Positions 41,651 through 51,094 of a stretch of 64,000 nt of DNA are shown here, in pieces. The notes beneath the pieces were generated by a model. It had not been told where the DNA came from. It saw only the letters and a list, made by a program, of their open reading frames with translations, and searched no databases. How positions within the stretch are numbered: the first letter of the stretch is position 1; the number at the start of each line of letters is the position of its first letter. A program made the position numbers and the translations under genes. Origin of the DNA: an uncultured virus (IMG/VR IMGVR_UViG_3300020185_000037) (lineage: Duplodnaviria > Heunggongvirae > Uroviricota > Caudoviricetes); the IMG/VR virus record IMGVR_UViG_3300020185_000037, positions 1 to 64,000 of that record. One strand, 5' to 3'.

Positions 41651-42136
41651 TTAAGATTGACTAGGATTTAAATCAGTAATAACACCAGATATATCTTTAT
41701 TAGTTTGACCAGTCTTAAGTCTATTTGGTGGAAGTGCTTCAACTTGTGCGAGTGACTGTAGGAACTCAAAACGCTTCTTATCTTTTTCAGTCATTCTACG
41801 TTGCTTTAAGAACTTTTCTTTTTGAGTTTCATCATTATTCCTTTTAGGTTTAATAAACTTTTTAAATCTTTCCTGATTAACTGGAACATCAATAATGTCA
41901 CCTTTGTTTAAAGAAAATGGATTAGACACACCATTAAATTTTAAAAGCATATCGGTTAATGATTGGTCGCTATAGTACTTAAGAGCTATTAAGTCGGGTC
42001 TACCGACTTGGTCGCTATCAATAACATGTTCAACTATTGTATCAACATCTTGAAGGTCAATAAATAGCATTGTAGGTTCGGTCATTATAACTTTACCGTC
42101 AACTATATTTTTATTATGTAATGATTTAAAATCCAT
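41651..42136 (-). CDS. gp53: Baseplate wedge LysM-like protein (gp53-like)
   Basis: GRPDLIALKYY...LLKFNGVSNPF.L..GD.I.VP. Confidence 0.8.
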   Translation of the reverse strand: MDFKSLHNKNIVDGKVIMTEPTMLFIDLQDVDTIVEHVIDSDQVGRPDLIALKYYSDQSLTDMLLKFNGVSNPFSLNKGDIIDVPVNQERFKKFIKPKRNNDETQKEKFLKQRRMTEKDKKRFEFLQSLAQVEALPPNRLKTGQTNKDISGVITDLNPSQS

Positions 42137-43968
42137 TATCCTCCAGTCATTTTTCTATATATGTCAGCCTGTTCTGGGCTATCAGCATTACCGTATGCTG
42201 ATGTATTTGTACTGTTATTAGTGTTAACACCATTTTCAGGTGTTAGATACATTCTTTGTTTTCCACCATTAAACATTCTTTCGATATCAGCTTTATCCCT
42301 TGGTCTAGCCGGTTTAAGTGAAACTTTAACCGTAAGTTCTGTTGGGAAACCTTCATAAGATAGTTCACCACCAAATTGGAAATCAGCCTTATCACAATAT
42401 AGGTTACCAATAACTGCAATAGGGTTTAATGGATTACCAATAGTAACATGGTATTGACCGGTTGGGTCACCTGTTAAAAAAGCATTAAGTGCTTCAGAAC
42501 CCTGTGGTGTTCCGAATAATTTCATAAGACCACCACCAATAAGGTTTTTACCAAGCTTAGAACCAGTAAGACCGTTTTCTTTTATATCATTCAACATATC
42601 CCCGGCAGCACCAGCAATGTCACCAACAATTGAACCTAAGAATTCACCAAAATTACCAGACTTTAATTTACTAAAGTCACCAAACGGCCTAGACATTTTA
42701 CCAGAACCGCCAACATACCTTGATGAACCGCCCCAGAAATTACCATTATTATATGTAAGAACTAACATATTTGATAACATATCTAAGAACGCGATTTTAG
42801 GTGAAACACCCTCAAGCTGTCTTAGGCTATAATGAAATGTAAGTTCCATATCCCCTGTGAAGTTTAAACCAGCGTCACGGATAGATACCTTTTTAATAAC
42901 ATTAATAGGCCCAAAAATGTGATTTGGATAAGTACCTTTAGTTGCATCATATCCATTTTTAGCATTAGCAACACCCTGTGCATCCATACCGTTTGCAGCA
43001 CCAATAGCTGCTGATGCAAAAAAGTTACCGCCAATTGCGCTACCTAAAGCACCACCTTCACCACTACCGCTTCTTTCTTGAATTGCAGATTCAACTTCTT
43101 TCCAACTAGTACTTACATCAAACTTTAATAAATCATTTAGTTTATTACCAGTAGCTTCAGACATCCACGTTACAGCTCTTGCTAAATCAGGCATTGCATT
43201 ATCAACAATAGATTTACCATCAGGTCCTAAAACTTTAGGGTTAATAATATCATCTTCAACCGGCATAGGAAATCTCCTAAGAGTCACCATGAAGTTGTTT
43301 GATATTTTACCGTAATATTTAGCTAATGCAAAATCAGAAAATGAATATTTGTAACCAGGGTGGTCTTTTTCATTTAATGTTTGTATAATTTTTGTAGCTG
43401 TCGGGTTTCTATATTCAATTTTATCTGCGCCGGCAAATAGTGGGCCGTTGTAAGCATCCTTATCTAAATTATCAAGCGGTCCACCCTTGTAGTTCATAAG
43501 TGACCAGTGGTTGAATAAAGAAAATGGAATCTGCTTGGGACCCGGTACTAAAGTACCAGCACTATCAGTACTATTACCACTATTAGCTTTACCTATAGTT
43601 TCTATTGTATAACTTTCAGCATCACCTAAACCAGTATATATTGGGTTAATAGAACCAACAATAGGTTCAACAGATGTTGGGTTTATTGTATTTGTACTTA
43701 CAGATGTAGGCCCCTTAATAGAGGCTTTAATAGCTTTAATTTTTTCGGCAGCTTGACCTTCAACAACTTGACCGGTTAAAGCATCATAAAATCTAGTAAC
43801 ACCACCAGATGATTGATCAATAAGGTTATCAAATTGACTAGTAATATTTTTAGCATCTTTTGAATTTTTAACCGCATCTTGAGAATCCTTAACAAATTCC
43901 TTAGAATCTTCAGTCAATTGACTTATTGAATCTCCAGCATTATCCCACCAGCTCTTTTCTGAACTCAT
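42136..43968 (-). CDS. Baseplate/tail tube cap-like protein (gp48-like)
   Basis: Gly-rich segments; GFPTELTVKVSL C-terminal pattern; context. Confidence 0.45.
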   Translation of the reverse strand: MSSEKSWWDNAGDSISQLTEDSKEFVKDSQDAVKNSKDAKNITSQFDNLIDQSSGGVTRFYDALTGQVVEGQAAEKIKAIKASIKGPTSVSTNTINPTSVEPIVGSINPIYTGLGDAESYTIETIGKANSGNSTDSAGTLVPGPKQIPFSLFNHWSLMNYKGGPLDNLDKDAYNGPLFAGADKIEYRNPTATKIIQTLNEKDHPGYKYSFSDFALAKYYGKISNNFMVTLRRFPMPVEDDIINPKVLGPDGKSIVDNAMPDLARAVTWMSEATGNKLNDLLKFDVSTSWKEVESAIQERSGSGEGGALGSAIGGNFFASAAIGAANGMDAQGVANAKNGYDATKGTYPNHIFGPINVIKKVSIRDAGLNFTGDMELTFHYSLRQLEGVSPKIAFLDMLSNMLVLTYNNGNFWGGSSRYVGGSGKMSRPFGDFSKLKSGNFGEFLGSIVGDIAGAAGDMLNDIKENGLTGSKLGKNLIGGGLMKLFGTPQGSEALNAFLTGDPTGQYHVTIGNPLNPIAVIGNLYCDKADFQFGGELSYEGFPTELTVKVSLKPARPRDKADIERMFNGGKQRMYLTPENGVNTNNSTNTSAYGNADSPEQADIYRKMTGG

Positions 43969-43996
43969 CTATTGATATAATTATTTATACTATATA

Positions 43997-44581
43997 TCAG
44001 GCTTTAATATCATCTAAATCATTAAAAGAAGGTCTACTTAATAAATCATCTAGGTATTCTTCAGTAACATCAACTTTGCCCTTTAAGAATTTTTTAAGTG
44101 ATGTTTTAAATTCGTCTTGATTATTAAAGTGATATTTACCTGTTCTGTATTGTGCTCTAGTAGATGCGTCATAGATGTCACGTATGGACTTCTCTATTAT
44201 AAATGATTGGATAGTGTTGTACAACCTAGTGGAGTCACCAAGTGTCTTTGTACACATAACTGAATCAGCAACAAGCATATACTTATCTTTGCTCATATAT
44301 TTTTCAAACTCTTCACGGGTTTGAAATTGACTACGCTTCATTTTAAAATGAAAGTCATGTCCTGAAAAATCTTTCTGGAAGCGCTCCCCAATAAAGTGAC
44401 GTTTAATAAAGTTTAAGTCATCATAAAACTTTATAATCTTTATAAGGTATTGTGGGTTATGTTCGTCCATCTTAACGTCATAGATAAGACCTCGAACTTG
44501 AAATAAAATATTGGGGTTGGATTTTGAAGCGATTAATGCATGACAGTATTCGCCCTTAGGGAATAATCTGTGATGTATCAT
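43997..44581 (-). CDS. Hypothetical protein
   Basis: 194-aa ORF. Confidence 0.6.
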   Translation of the reverse strand: MIHHRLFPKGEYCHALIASKSNPNILFQVRGLIYDVKMDEHNPQYLIKIIKFYDDLNFIKRHFIGERFQKDFSGHDFHFKMKRSQFQTREEFEKYMSKDKYMLVADSVMCTKTLGDSTRLYNTIQSFIIEKSIRDIYDASTRAQYRTGKYHFNNQDEFKTSLKKFLKGKVDVTEEYLDDLLSRPSFNDLDDIKA

Positions 44582-44988
44582 GTGTCGATGAACTTAACCG
44601 AACCGAATTGGCTAAGTACACCTTTTGTTGGAAAGTCAGTTCTATTGATAACCGTTAGATCAATATCAATCTCATGGCTTTCCAATACATTACCAAGTGT
44701 ACTTCTCAATCCTGAAATTGTTTGTTTATTAAGGTTTTTAATTAGATACACAATAACCTTGGGGTGATTTTCAAATTTATCTAATTTAGAATTATACATT
44801 TTTAATTGACTATGAATATGAAGACCGATCAATCTGTCAGACGGTTTTCTGATAGACTTATCAGCCTTCATTAATTTATTAGAAATATCGATGTAATTTA
44901 TTGTATAGCTGGGTGCACCGTAGTTTCTCACATAGCGGTTAAATTCCATTTTACTATTACACCAAATACATTCTATTTTAATATTCAT
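44578..44988 (-). CDS. Hypothetical protein
   Basis: 136-aa coupled ORF. Confidence 0.55.
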   Translation of the reverse strand: MNIKIECIWCNSKMEFNRYVRNYGAPSYTINYIDISNKLMKADKSIRKPSDRLIGLHIHSQLKMYNSKLDKFENHPKVIVYLIKNLNKQTISGLRSTLGNVLESHEIDIDLTVINRTDFPTKGVLSQFGSVKFIDT

Positions 44989-45314
44989 TACTTAGCGTCA
45001 ACAATCTTTTGAAGGCTATCAATATTATTTTGTAATTCTTTAATAGCTTCAGTTGCCTCTTTTTTAGAAGGTGTATAATTTTCACCCCATTCACTGATAA
45101 TTTTAATTTGTTCAGCTTGTTTGGAATTACCTAAATCTACACCCATGTCTTCAGCAAGTGTCCACAATAATTCAATTTTACTGTCTATTGAATCATGTCT
45201 TTCTAAATCATAAACTGTTTTAGATTCAAACTTTTCACCGGCCCCGTTAATATTATCGTCAACAATAGTTTTGATAATACCATTATCGGCAATTTCAATA
45301 GTAATTACTTGCAT
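44988..45314 (-). CDS. Hypothetical protein
   Basis: 108-aa ORF. Confidence 0.6.
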   Translation of the reverse strand: MQVITIEIADNGIIKTIVDDNINGAGEKFESKTVYDLERHDSIDSKIELLWTLAEDMGVDLGNSKQAEQIKIISEWGENYTPSKKEATEAIKELQNNIDSLQKIVDAK

Positions 45315-45326
45315 AGTGTATATACC

Positions 45327-45677
45327 TTATTTCATTTGAGCCGCCTTTTGGTATAAGGCGATGGACTCTTTACGGTCGGCACGATAAGTTTCTTTGTCTT
45401 TAACAATCGTACATCTCCAAGCTTCTAATAATACTTCTACTTTTTCAGCACTGTAGCCATTAGCTTCATGTGATGCTTTAATGCTTGCTTCTTTTTGAGC
45501 AAAGTATTCAGATTGTCTTTTTTCATTAGCCTCTACATTCTGTAAATGTAATTTAGCACCTTCTTTTGCGGTCTTAGCATACCAAAGTTTACCAACTTCA
45601 GTGAACGGACCATACATGTTTTTTACACGTAACATTCCAGCAGATTTTAACTGCCATCTTCTTTGACTTCTGTTCAT
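45327..45677 (-). CDS. Hypothetical protein
   Basis: 116-aa ORF starting MNRSQRR. Confidence 0.6.
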   Translation of the reverse strand: MNRSQRRWQLKSAGMLRVKNMYGPFTEVGKLWYAKTAKEGAKLHLQNVEANEKRQSEYFAQKEASIKASHEANGYSAEKVEVLLEAWRCTIVKDKETYRADRKESIALYQKAAQMK

Positions 45678-45689
45678 TTTGTATTTAAT

Positions 45690-46244
45690 TTATGAATAAT
45701 ATTCTGATAGAAATTCGGATACATTAGCTGTAATGTATTCCTTTAGTTTATTTATCTCAATTTGTTGAAGGGCCACTTCCATGATTTCTTCATTTAAGTC
45801 CGCATCCTCCATGCCTTCAGACAACATTGCATGTAATTGTGGCGTTGGTATATTGATATTAATTTGAACAGGAACATTAACAACATTCTTTTTGCTCATT
45901 TTCATAATCATTTTACCCATAACCGTCGGTTCTTTTACCGGTTCTTGTTGTGTAACTATGGTGTCTGATGAATTTGTAGCGACTACATTTCCTTCATTTT
46001 GAATAGGACCAGTTTGAATCGGCTTTGTCTCAACATCAATAAAGCCACCTATTTTAGTTGAAGCCGGAACCTCCATTAAAAATTCACTAATTAAAGATGG
46101 ATTAATACGTGTACCGTCTGTAAAGTATAACCAATTAGTATCCGGTTGCTCTTTAGCAACTTGAACAACTTCGGTGGTTCTTTCTGATTTAACCCATTGA
46201 TACTTTTGTAGCTCTTTGTCTTTAGCCATGATTGTTTCTTCCAT
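45690..46244 (-). CDS. Hypothetical protein
   Basis: Start moved to MEETIM (46244) to avoid overlapping the upstream gene. Confidence 0.6.
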   Translation of the reverse strand: MEETIMAKDKELQKYQWVKSERTTEVVQVAKEQPDTNWLYFTDGTRINPSLISEFLMEVPASTKIGGFIDVETKPIQTGPIQNEGNVVATNSSDTIVTQQEPVKEPTVMGKMIMKMSKKNVVNVPVQININIPTPQLHAMLSEGMEDADLNEEIMEVALQQIEINKLKEYITANVSEFLSEYYS

Positions 46245-46245
46245 T

Positions 46246-46455
46246 TTAGTTTTTGTATTTTGAGGTAATTTTCGAGAAGTCTTGACTATCGTCTTCTTGA
46301 TACGCTGTAATAAATTCATCTAATAATTGCATTGATTTTGAAGGTCCAATATAGGCATCAACTTTAATATTGTTAAGATAAAATAATTTAGGATTTGATT
46401 CTATAGATTCAATAATATCTTCTACAGGTTGCAAATATTTTTTAATGAATGACAT
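46246..46455 (-). CDS. Hypothetical protein
   Basis: 69-aa ORF. Confidence 0.55.
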   Translation of the reverse strand: MSFIKKYLQPVEDIIESIESNPKLFYLNNIKVDAYIGPSKSMQLLDEFITAYQEDDSQDFSKITSKYKN

Positions 46456-46942
46456 TTGTTTGTATTACTTCAATGTTAGCTTTATTTAATAATTCAAGAC
46501 CACCCATATCTCGGTAGCTTTCGTTGTAATATACTTTAGTAATACCTGATTGAATGATTAATTTTGCACATTCAAAACATGGTGATGTAGTTGTGTATAA
46601 TGTAGCACCATCCGATGACAAAGTTGATTTAGCTAATTTACTCAACGCATTCGATTCAGCATGTAACACCTCAACCTTGGTTACCGTTTTACTACAGCAA
46701 TCTTCCTCACAATCATATCCCTTATCTATTAGGATTTGTAAGTGGTCTGGGTTATCTACATATCTAACCTGTTCTTCTTCACATGTGTTGTCAAAACCAT
46801 GGGGTGTTCCATTGTAACCAAACGAAACAATCTGTTCGTCTTTTACAATGACACATCCAACTTTACGTCGCTCAGCATAACTCAGTTTTGCAATTGAGTA
46901 CGCAATCTCCATGTACACTGATTCAATCTTTAATCTAGGCAT
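46442..46942 (-). CDS. dCMP deaminase
   Basis: KVGCVIV, GYNG, HAESNA, PCFEC. Confidence 0.92.
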   Translation of the reverse strand: MPRLKIESVYMEIAYSIAKLSYAERRKVGCVIVKDEQIVSFGYNGTPHGFDNTCEEEQVRYVDNPDHLQILIDKGYDCEEDCCSKTVTKVEVLHAESNALSKLAKSTLSSDGATLYTTTSPCFECAKLIIQSGITKVYYNESYRDMGGLELLNKANIEVIQTNVIH

Positions 46943-46950
46943 ATAAAATA

Positions 46951-46996
46951 TAAAAGTCCGTGCATATTATACACGGACCTTTAATAAATGTTTCAA
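46951..46996 (-). promoter_or_regulatory. Class-2 promoter whose -10 box lies in a terminator-like hairpin loop
   Basis: TTGAAAC-N18-TATAAT; inverted repeat GTCCGTG/CACGGAC followed by a T-rich tract. Confidence 0.65.
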
Positions 46997-47011
46997 GAAA
47001 TTATGAATCGC

Positions 47012-47683
47012 TTACTCTTCGTCGCTTTCAACCTCTTCACCTTCAGCAGACCAAGCTTCTTTCATCTCGTCAATCTTCTTAGCGTAAGATTCTTTTAATT
47101 CATTACATGTAGCCTCGTACATTTCAAGGGTCATGTCTTCTTTCATTTCTTTCAATGTATTAACTGCCATCATAGCAACTAATGCCGCATTTTCTTTTAG
47201 GTAAGATTCAATAGTATGCTCATCGTGCATATCTTCTTCCCAAACTTTAGCTTCGTTTTTACAAGCCTTGTATGCCTCTTTAAGCATTTCAGCAACTGCT
47301 ACAACTTCTACAGAATCTCCATCGTCAGAATCGTCTTCATCTTCGTCGTCAGAATCGTCTTCATCTTCGTCGTCAGAATCCTCAGATTCAGTCATAGCTT
47401 CTTCTTCAGATGGTACTTCATCATCAGCTGAATCTACAATACCTTTGTCTTCTTCAGATGAAACTTCTTTAGTGTCTGCTTCAAGTTCTTCAGCTTCTTC
47501 ACCAGCTTCTTCACCTTCAACATTGTCTTTTACTTCAACGTTATCTTCACCTTGTTCGTCTGTAACAACTTCTTCTTCACCTTCCGCTTCCATAGGTTCA
47601 CCCATTTCAACTTCTGTGTTTTCGATTTCTTCAGCCGTGTCAATGTCAGCAACGTACTCTTCGAATGATTTTAATTTAGCCAT
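47012..47683 (-). CDS. Highly acidic prohead-core/scaffold-like protein
   Basis: MAKLKSFEEY leader; extreme Glu/Asp content; GATATATA upstream. Confidence 0.55.
   Translation of the reverse strand: MAKLKSFEEYVADIDTAEEIENTEVEMGEPMEAEGEEEVVTDEQGEDNVEVKDNVEGEEAGEEAEELEADTKEVSSEEDKGIVDSADDEVPSEEEAMTESEDSDDEDEDDSDDEDEDDSDDGDSVEVVAVAEMLKEAYKACKNEAKVWEEDMHDEHTIESYLKENAALVAMMAVNTLKEMKEDMTLEMYEATCNELKESYAKKIDEMKEAWSAEGEEVESDEE
47322..47380. repeat. 24-bp tandem repeat (about 2.5 copies) encoding SDDEDEDD
   Basis: tcgtcagaatcgtcttcatcttcg x2 plus a partial copy. Confidence 0.9.
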
Positions 47684-47722
47684 TTTAATATGTTATTATT
47701 TTATTATATATCTAATAATATT

Positions 47723-47914
47723 TTAGTCCATTTCTTCCTTAGTGGGAATTATATTATCAGTAATTCTGTTAACCGAAATATTAGTAGGCCTTCTATCCAC
47801 AACGATAACCTTGTCTTTAGACGTACCAACTGTTTTAGTTTTTTTTGATTTAATAAATTTATAATCAATGAATAAAACTGAGGCAATCGTTAATGTAATA
47901 ATTAAAAAATACAT
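47723..47914 (-). CDS. Small single-pass membrane protein
   Basis: N-terminal hydrophobic helix followed by a Lys-rich stretch. Confidence 0.5.
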   Translation of the reverse strand: MYFLIITLTIASVLFIDYKFIKSKKTKTVGTSKDKVIVVDRRPTNISVNRITDNIIPTKEEMD

Positions 47915-47966
47915 AATATTTTATTTATTTATATATCTTGTAAAGATATTTATTTGTTTTTTAATT

Positions 47967-48197
47967 TTATTTAGATGAAATAACACCTTTTTTATTGAAC
48001 ATATTGTAATTAACATGAATCTTTTTACCAGACTTTATATGCTTTAATATTAGAAGTGTATCGTCTGACTCTGCAACTTCAAAATCATCACCCATATATG
48101 TAACGTTTGAACCCTTAGCAATATTCTTAAATTGATCTTTGCTAATCTCTTCACCTTGGCTTTTCGTAAAAGCTTCGAATAATCTTACTCTTTTCAT
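47967..48197 (-). CDS. Small protein with capsid-targeting-like leader
   Basis: MKRVRLFEAF. Confidence 0.65.
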   Translation of the reverse strand: MKRVRLFEAFTKSQGEEISKDQFKNIAKGSNVTYMGDDFEVAESDDTLLILKHIKSGKKIHVNYNMFNKKGVISSK

Positions 48198-48200
48198 AAT

Positions 48201-48791
48201 TTAATTCATTTGAACCTTAAGTTCTTTTGTTAGTTCTCTATCTTTCTTTTTATCTTGCATCGCCATTTTAGAAAGTACTTTTTTAATTTGACCGTCTGCC
48301 ATACGCATAATTTTTTCAGTTGATTGTATTCTAGAATTAAGCTTTACTTTATTAACATAAGTTTTAAGCTTGTCATTCTCTTCACCAATGATGTCCATTC
48401 TAGTTACAATATCAGCTTCAAGTTCTTGTAGTTGCTTACCTTTAAGGTCAGTCATTGAAGTTTTCTTTGTGTTTGACTTTATATCTTTAGCAGATACTGT
48501 ATCAGCATACATATCAACTTTACTTTCTAACTCTTCTTCAAACGCTTCAATGTTTTCAGCTTCAATATTAACCTTAGCAATATTAATTCTAACCTCAGTA
48601 AGCTGTTGTGCAAGTTTATCTAACTCACGTTTCTTTTTTGGGTTTGAAAATAAAGAACCTAACCATGAGAATAAACCCTCATCAAGCATACCTTGTATTT
48701 CAATGTCTGTGAGACCACCACCCATAATCGCATCAATCTCCTCGTATAAAGGATTAAGCTCAAACTGCTCAAATAATTTTATATGCTTCAT
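48201..48791 (-). CDS. Coiled-coil protein with capsid-targeting-like leader
   Basis: MKHIKLFEQF; LDE-GLF. Confidence 0.65.
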   Translation of the reverse strand: MKHIKLFEQFELNPLYEEIDAIMGGGLTDIEIQGMLDEGLFSWLGSLFSNPKKKRELDKLAQQLTEVRINIAKVNIEAENIEAFEEELESKVDMYADTVSAKDIKSNTKKTSMTDLKGKQLQELEADIVTRMDIIGEENDKLKTYVNKVKLNSRIQSTEKIMRMADGQIKKVLSKMAMQDKKKDRELTKELKVQMN

Positions 48792-49810
48792 TAAGATTTA
48801 AGTTTTTTATCATGTCCACCGTCTCTAACTTCTTTAGCAAGGTCTTTATCAGCATCACCCCAAGTACCAGCGCCTTTAGTAAGAAATGCATTAACTCTAG
48901 CGTATCCCCATTGCTCTTGACCCGCACCCGGCCTATGACCTGTTTTCCACGCGGCCATTCCACGTCTCATTACAACTCTAATAATACCAATAGGTACACC
49001 AGTTTCTTTAGACTTTTTTGCAAGTGCCGTTTCGATATCAGCATTATCTAATTTACTTCTATCACCTTCGGCTTTTTCTTCGTTAACTTCAGATACTGGC
49101 ACACAGTTAGGTACCTGCTTACCACCTTTAGTTTTCATACCGTCTTGTCTGTAACCGTCCCAACATTCACCTACAAGTTCAGCTTCAGAAACACCATTTG
49201 TTGAATCATTACATGAAGGACATACGTCATTGTTTTTAGCCCAAGCTTTAGCAGTATTAACCTCATCACATTCTAGACATGCAATTTTAGATGCTTCAAT
49301 TATAATTGATTCGTTCTTTTCGTCACCATAAAGCTCATGGTATTTCTTAACATGCTTAGATGTTTTAACTTGACCCTTCTCTCTAGCCTCTTCGTCACCT
49401 GGCATTTCTTTATAAGCTGATGAATCATCATCATCCATTTCACGCTGCTTTTTGATTTGATCTTCTTTATCGGTTTCGTCTTCTTTATCAAGCCCAGTCA
49501 TATATTTGTCCGGACCTGGTTTAGCATCACCTTCTAATAAGTCTTCTCTATCAAGTTGCTTATAAACCTCTTTACGTGTTTTTTCCATCTTAGTAGCATA
49601 TTCAGGGTCATCATTTCTATTGAATACAATTTGTTGTGTAAGTGAAGATGAAATCTTTTTAACGTCACCGTTACGTGTATCAATTAACCACTTAGCTAAA
49701 TCCTTAACGCTTAAGTCCCTGAATCTACCATATGCATCTGGTGCATCTGAATCATGGAACTCAGGCCTTGCTTCATTAATAAAATCTTCGTATAGTTTTA
49801 AATGTTTCAT
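48791..49810 (-). CDS. Modular polyprotein with DUF5824-like, Zn-ribbon and CWxGY..VPNCV modules
   Basis: MKHLKLYEDFINE-A; RRGMAAWKTGHRPGA..QWGYARVNAF; CLEC..CPSC; CWDGY...VPNCVP. Confidence 0.7.
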   Translation of the reverse strand: MKHLKLYEDFINEARPEFHDSDAPDAYGRFRDLSVKDLAKWLIDTRNGDVKKISSSLTQQIVFNRNDDPEYATKMEKTRKEVYKQLDREDLLEGDAKPGPDKYMTGLDKEDETDKEDQIKKQREMDDDDSSAYKEMPGDEEAREKGQVKTSKHVKKYHELYGDEKNESIIIEASKIACLECDEVNTAKAWAKNNDVCPSCNDSTNGVSEAELVGECWDGYRQDGMKTKGGKQVPNCVPVSEVNEEKAEGDRSKLDNADIETALAKKSKETGVPIGIIRVVMRRGMAAWKTGHRPGAGQEQWGYARVNAFLTKGAGTWGDADKDLAKEVRDGGHDKKLKS

Positions 49811-49814
49811 AATT

Positions 49815-50513
49815 TTAAAATGTAGGTATACCTCCTATTTGTTTTGCACGTCTTTTCCAAAGTGTAAGAATTTCTTCACGCTCTTTTCCATTTATTTCAC
49901 CAGATTGTTCTTGCGTGTCTAGATATCTATTAACAGCATCGGCCATCGACTCTTTTCTTTTTTTAGCCTCATATCTAAGACCCTGTATGTTTGCATCAAC
50001 CTCTTTAGGTAGCATGAAATATTGTGCTTTTGGTAATAGACCAATCTTAATCATTTGTCTTAACATACCATCATCTTCATTTGGTTTACCCATTCTGTAA
50101 TTACCAATAGCCTCACCGCCTTGTGTGATATGTTCAATCTCATGTCTTACAACATCTGCTAAATAAAAATAAATAGTAGACCATTCACCGGGAATCCAAT
50201 CAGGATTAACAGCGAAGTCTATAATAATATACGGGTCTTGCTCGTCACCTTCATCATCAGTTGTTCTTGAATCGGCACCTGTGCTATTAAGTATTTCAAA
50301 ACCTTTAACACGCTTGGTAACATGTAGGTTGAAATCAACATCAAATTCTAGTCTGTTTAAAACTAAGCTTTCTGTAAAGTTAAGTGTAGCTTCACCACCT
50401 TTATAACCGTTCACCCACTTCTTAAAAGTGTGCTTAACTAGTTTAGATGCAATACTATCATAAGAGCTTCTACCCTCATTAACAAAATCTGTAAAATTAA
50501 ATATGTTATTCAT
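49815..50513 (-). CDS. HExxH zincin-like protein with capsid-targeting-like leader
   Basis: MNNIFNFTDFVNE-G; RHEIEHITQ...EVDA. Confidence 0.65.
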   Translation of the reverse strand: MNNIFNFTDFVNEGRSSYDSIASKLVKHTFKKWVNGYKGGEATLNFTESLVLNRLEFDVDFNLHVTKRVKGFEILNSTGADSRTTDDEGDEQDPYIIIDFAVNPDWIPGEWSTIYFYLADVVRHEIEHITQGGEAIGNYRMGKPNEDDGMLRQMIKIGLLPKAQYFMLPKEVDANIQGLRYEAKKRKESMADAVNRYLDTQEQSGEINGKEREEILTLWKRRAKQIGGIPTF

Positions 50514-50514
50514 G

Positions 50515-50865
50515 TTATTTAGCATAGCGGACCATAGTGTCCTTATACTTTAAATCTTTATTCTTAACAAAGTCAAAACCTTTATAGAACTTTTCAAGTC
50601 TAGCTACAGAAGATGCACCAAAATCTTTTGATGGTGTGAGTCTAATGTCTTTACCCTCTTTGTCTGCAAACGCAATAATACGTTCCATCGCTTCAGTCCC
50701 TACACCAGAACCCCTTAACCTTTTAGGAACTTCAATTTTACCTAATTCTAAGTGGTCACCATTATCCCATAGGTCTAGTACGATACCTAACTCATTTTCC
50801 AAGTCGGACATAATGTACTTTTCATTTACAGAAATAAATGATTCAAAGGCTTTGACGTGTTTCAT
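50515..50865 (-). CDS. GNAT acetyltransferase with capsid-targeting-like leader
   Basis: MKHVKAFESFISVNE; V...RGSGVGT acetyl-CoA motif; LEKFYKGFDF. Confidence 0.8.
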   Translation of the reverse strand: MKHVKAFESFISVNEKYIMSDLENELGIVLDLWDNGDHLELGKIEVPKRLRGSGVGTEAMERIIAFADKEGKDIRLTPSKDFGASSVARLEKFYKGFDFVKNKDLKYKDTMVRYAK

Positions 50866-50881
50866 TAGTTATATATTCAAT

Positions 50882-50902
50882 AAAAAAGAGGCCGAAGCCT
50901 CT
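50882..50902 (-). terminator. Rho-independent terminator with cUUCGg tetraloop
   Basis: AGAGGC-TTCG-GCCTCT-TTTTT. Confidence 0.85.
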
Positions 50903-50904
50903 TA

Positions 50905-51084
50905 TTATTTTACACCACTAGTTGAACGTAATGTACATCTCCAACATAAAACTTTTTCAGTTTTTATATCAACTTGTACAATTTCATCACACCCACCTAT
51001 AGGTGCATATTTCCACCATTTACTAGATTCAACGTGTGAGTTCATACACTTCAATTGTTTAGTACCTGTATTGTTATTTTTCAT
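50905..51084 (-). CDS. Small Cys-containing (Zn-ribbon-like) protein, below the ORF-track cutoff
   Basis: 59 aa: MKNNNTGTKQLKCMN...GGCDE...LCWRC; followed by a terminator. Confidence 0.55.
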   Translation of the reverse strand: MKNNNTGTKQLKCMNSHVESSKWWKYAPIGGCDEIVQVDIKTEKVLCWRCTLRSTSGVK

Positions 51085-51094
51085 ATAATATATA

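Noticed and set aside
47322..47380. 24-bp repeat as a regulatory element
   Set aside because: It is a simple slippage expansion in an acidic low-complexity coding tract
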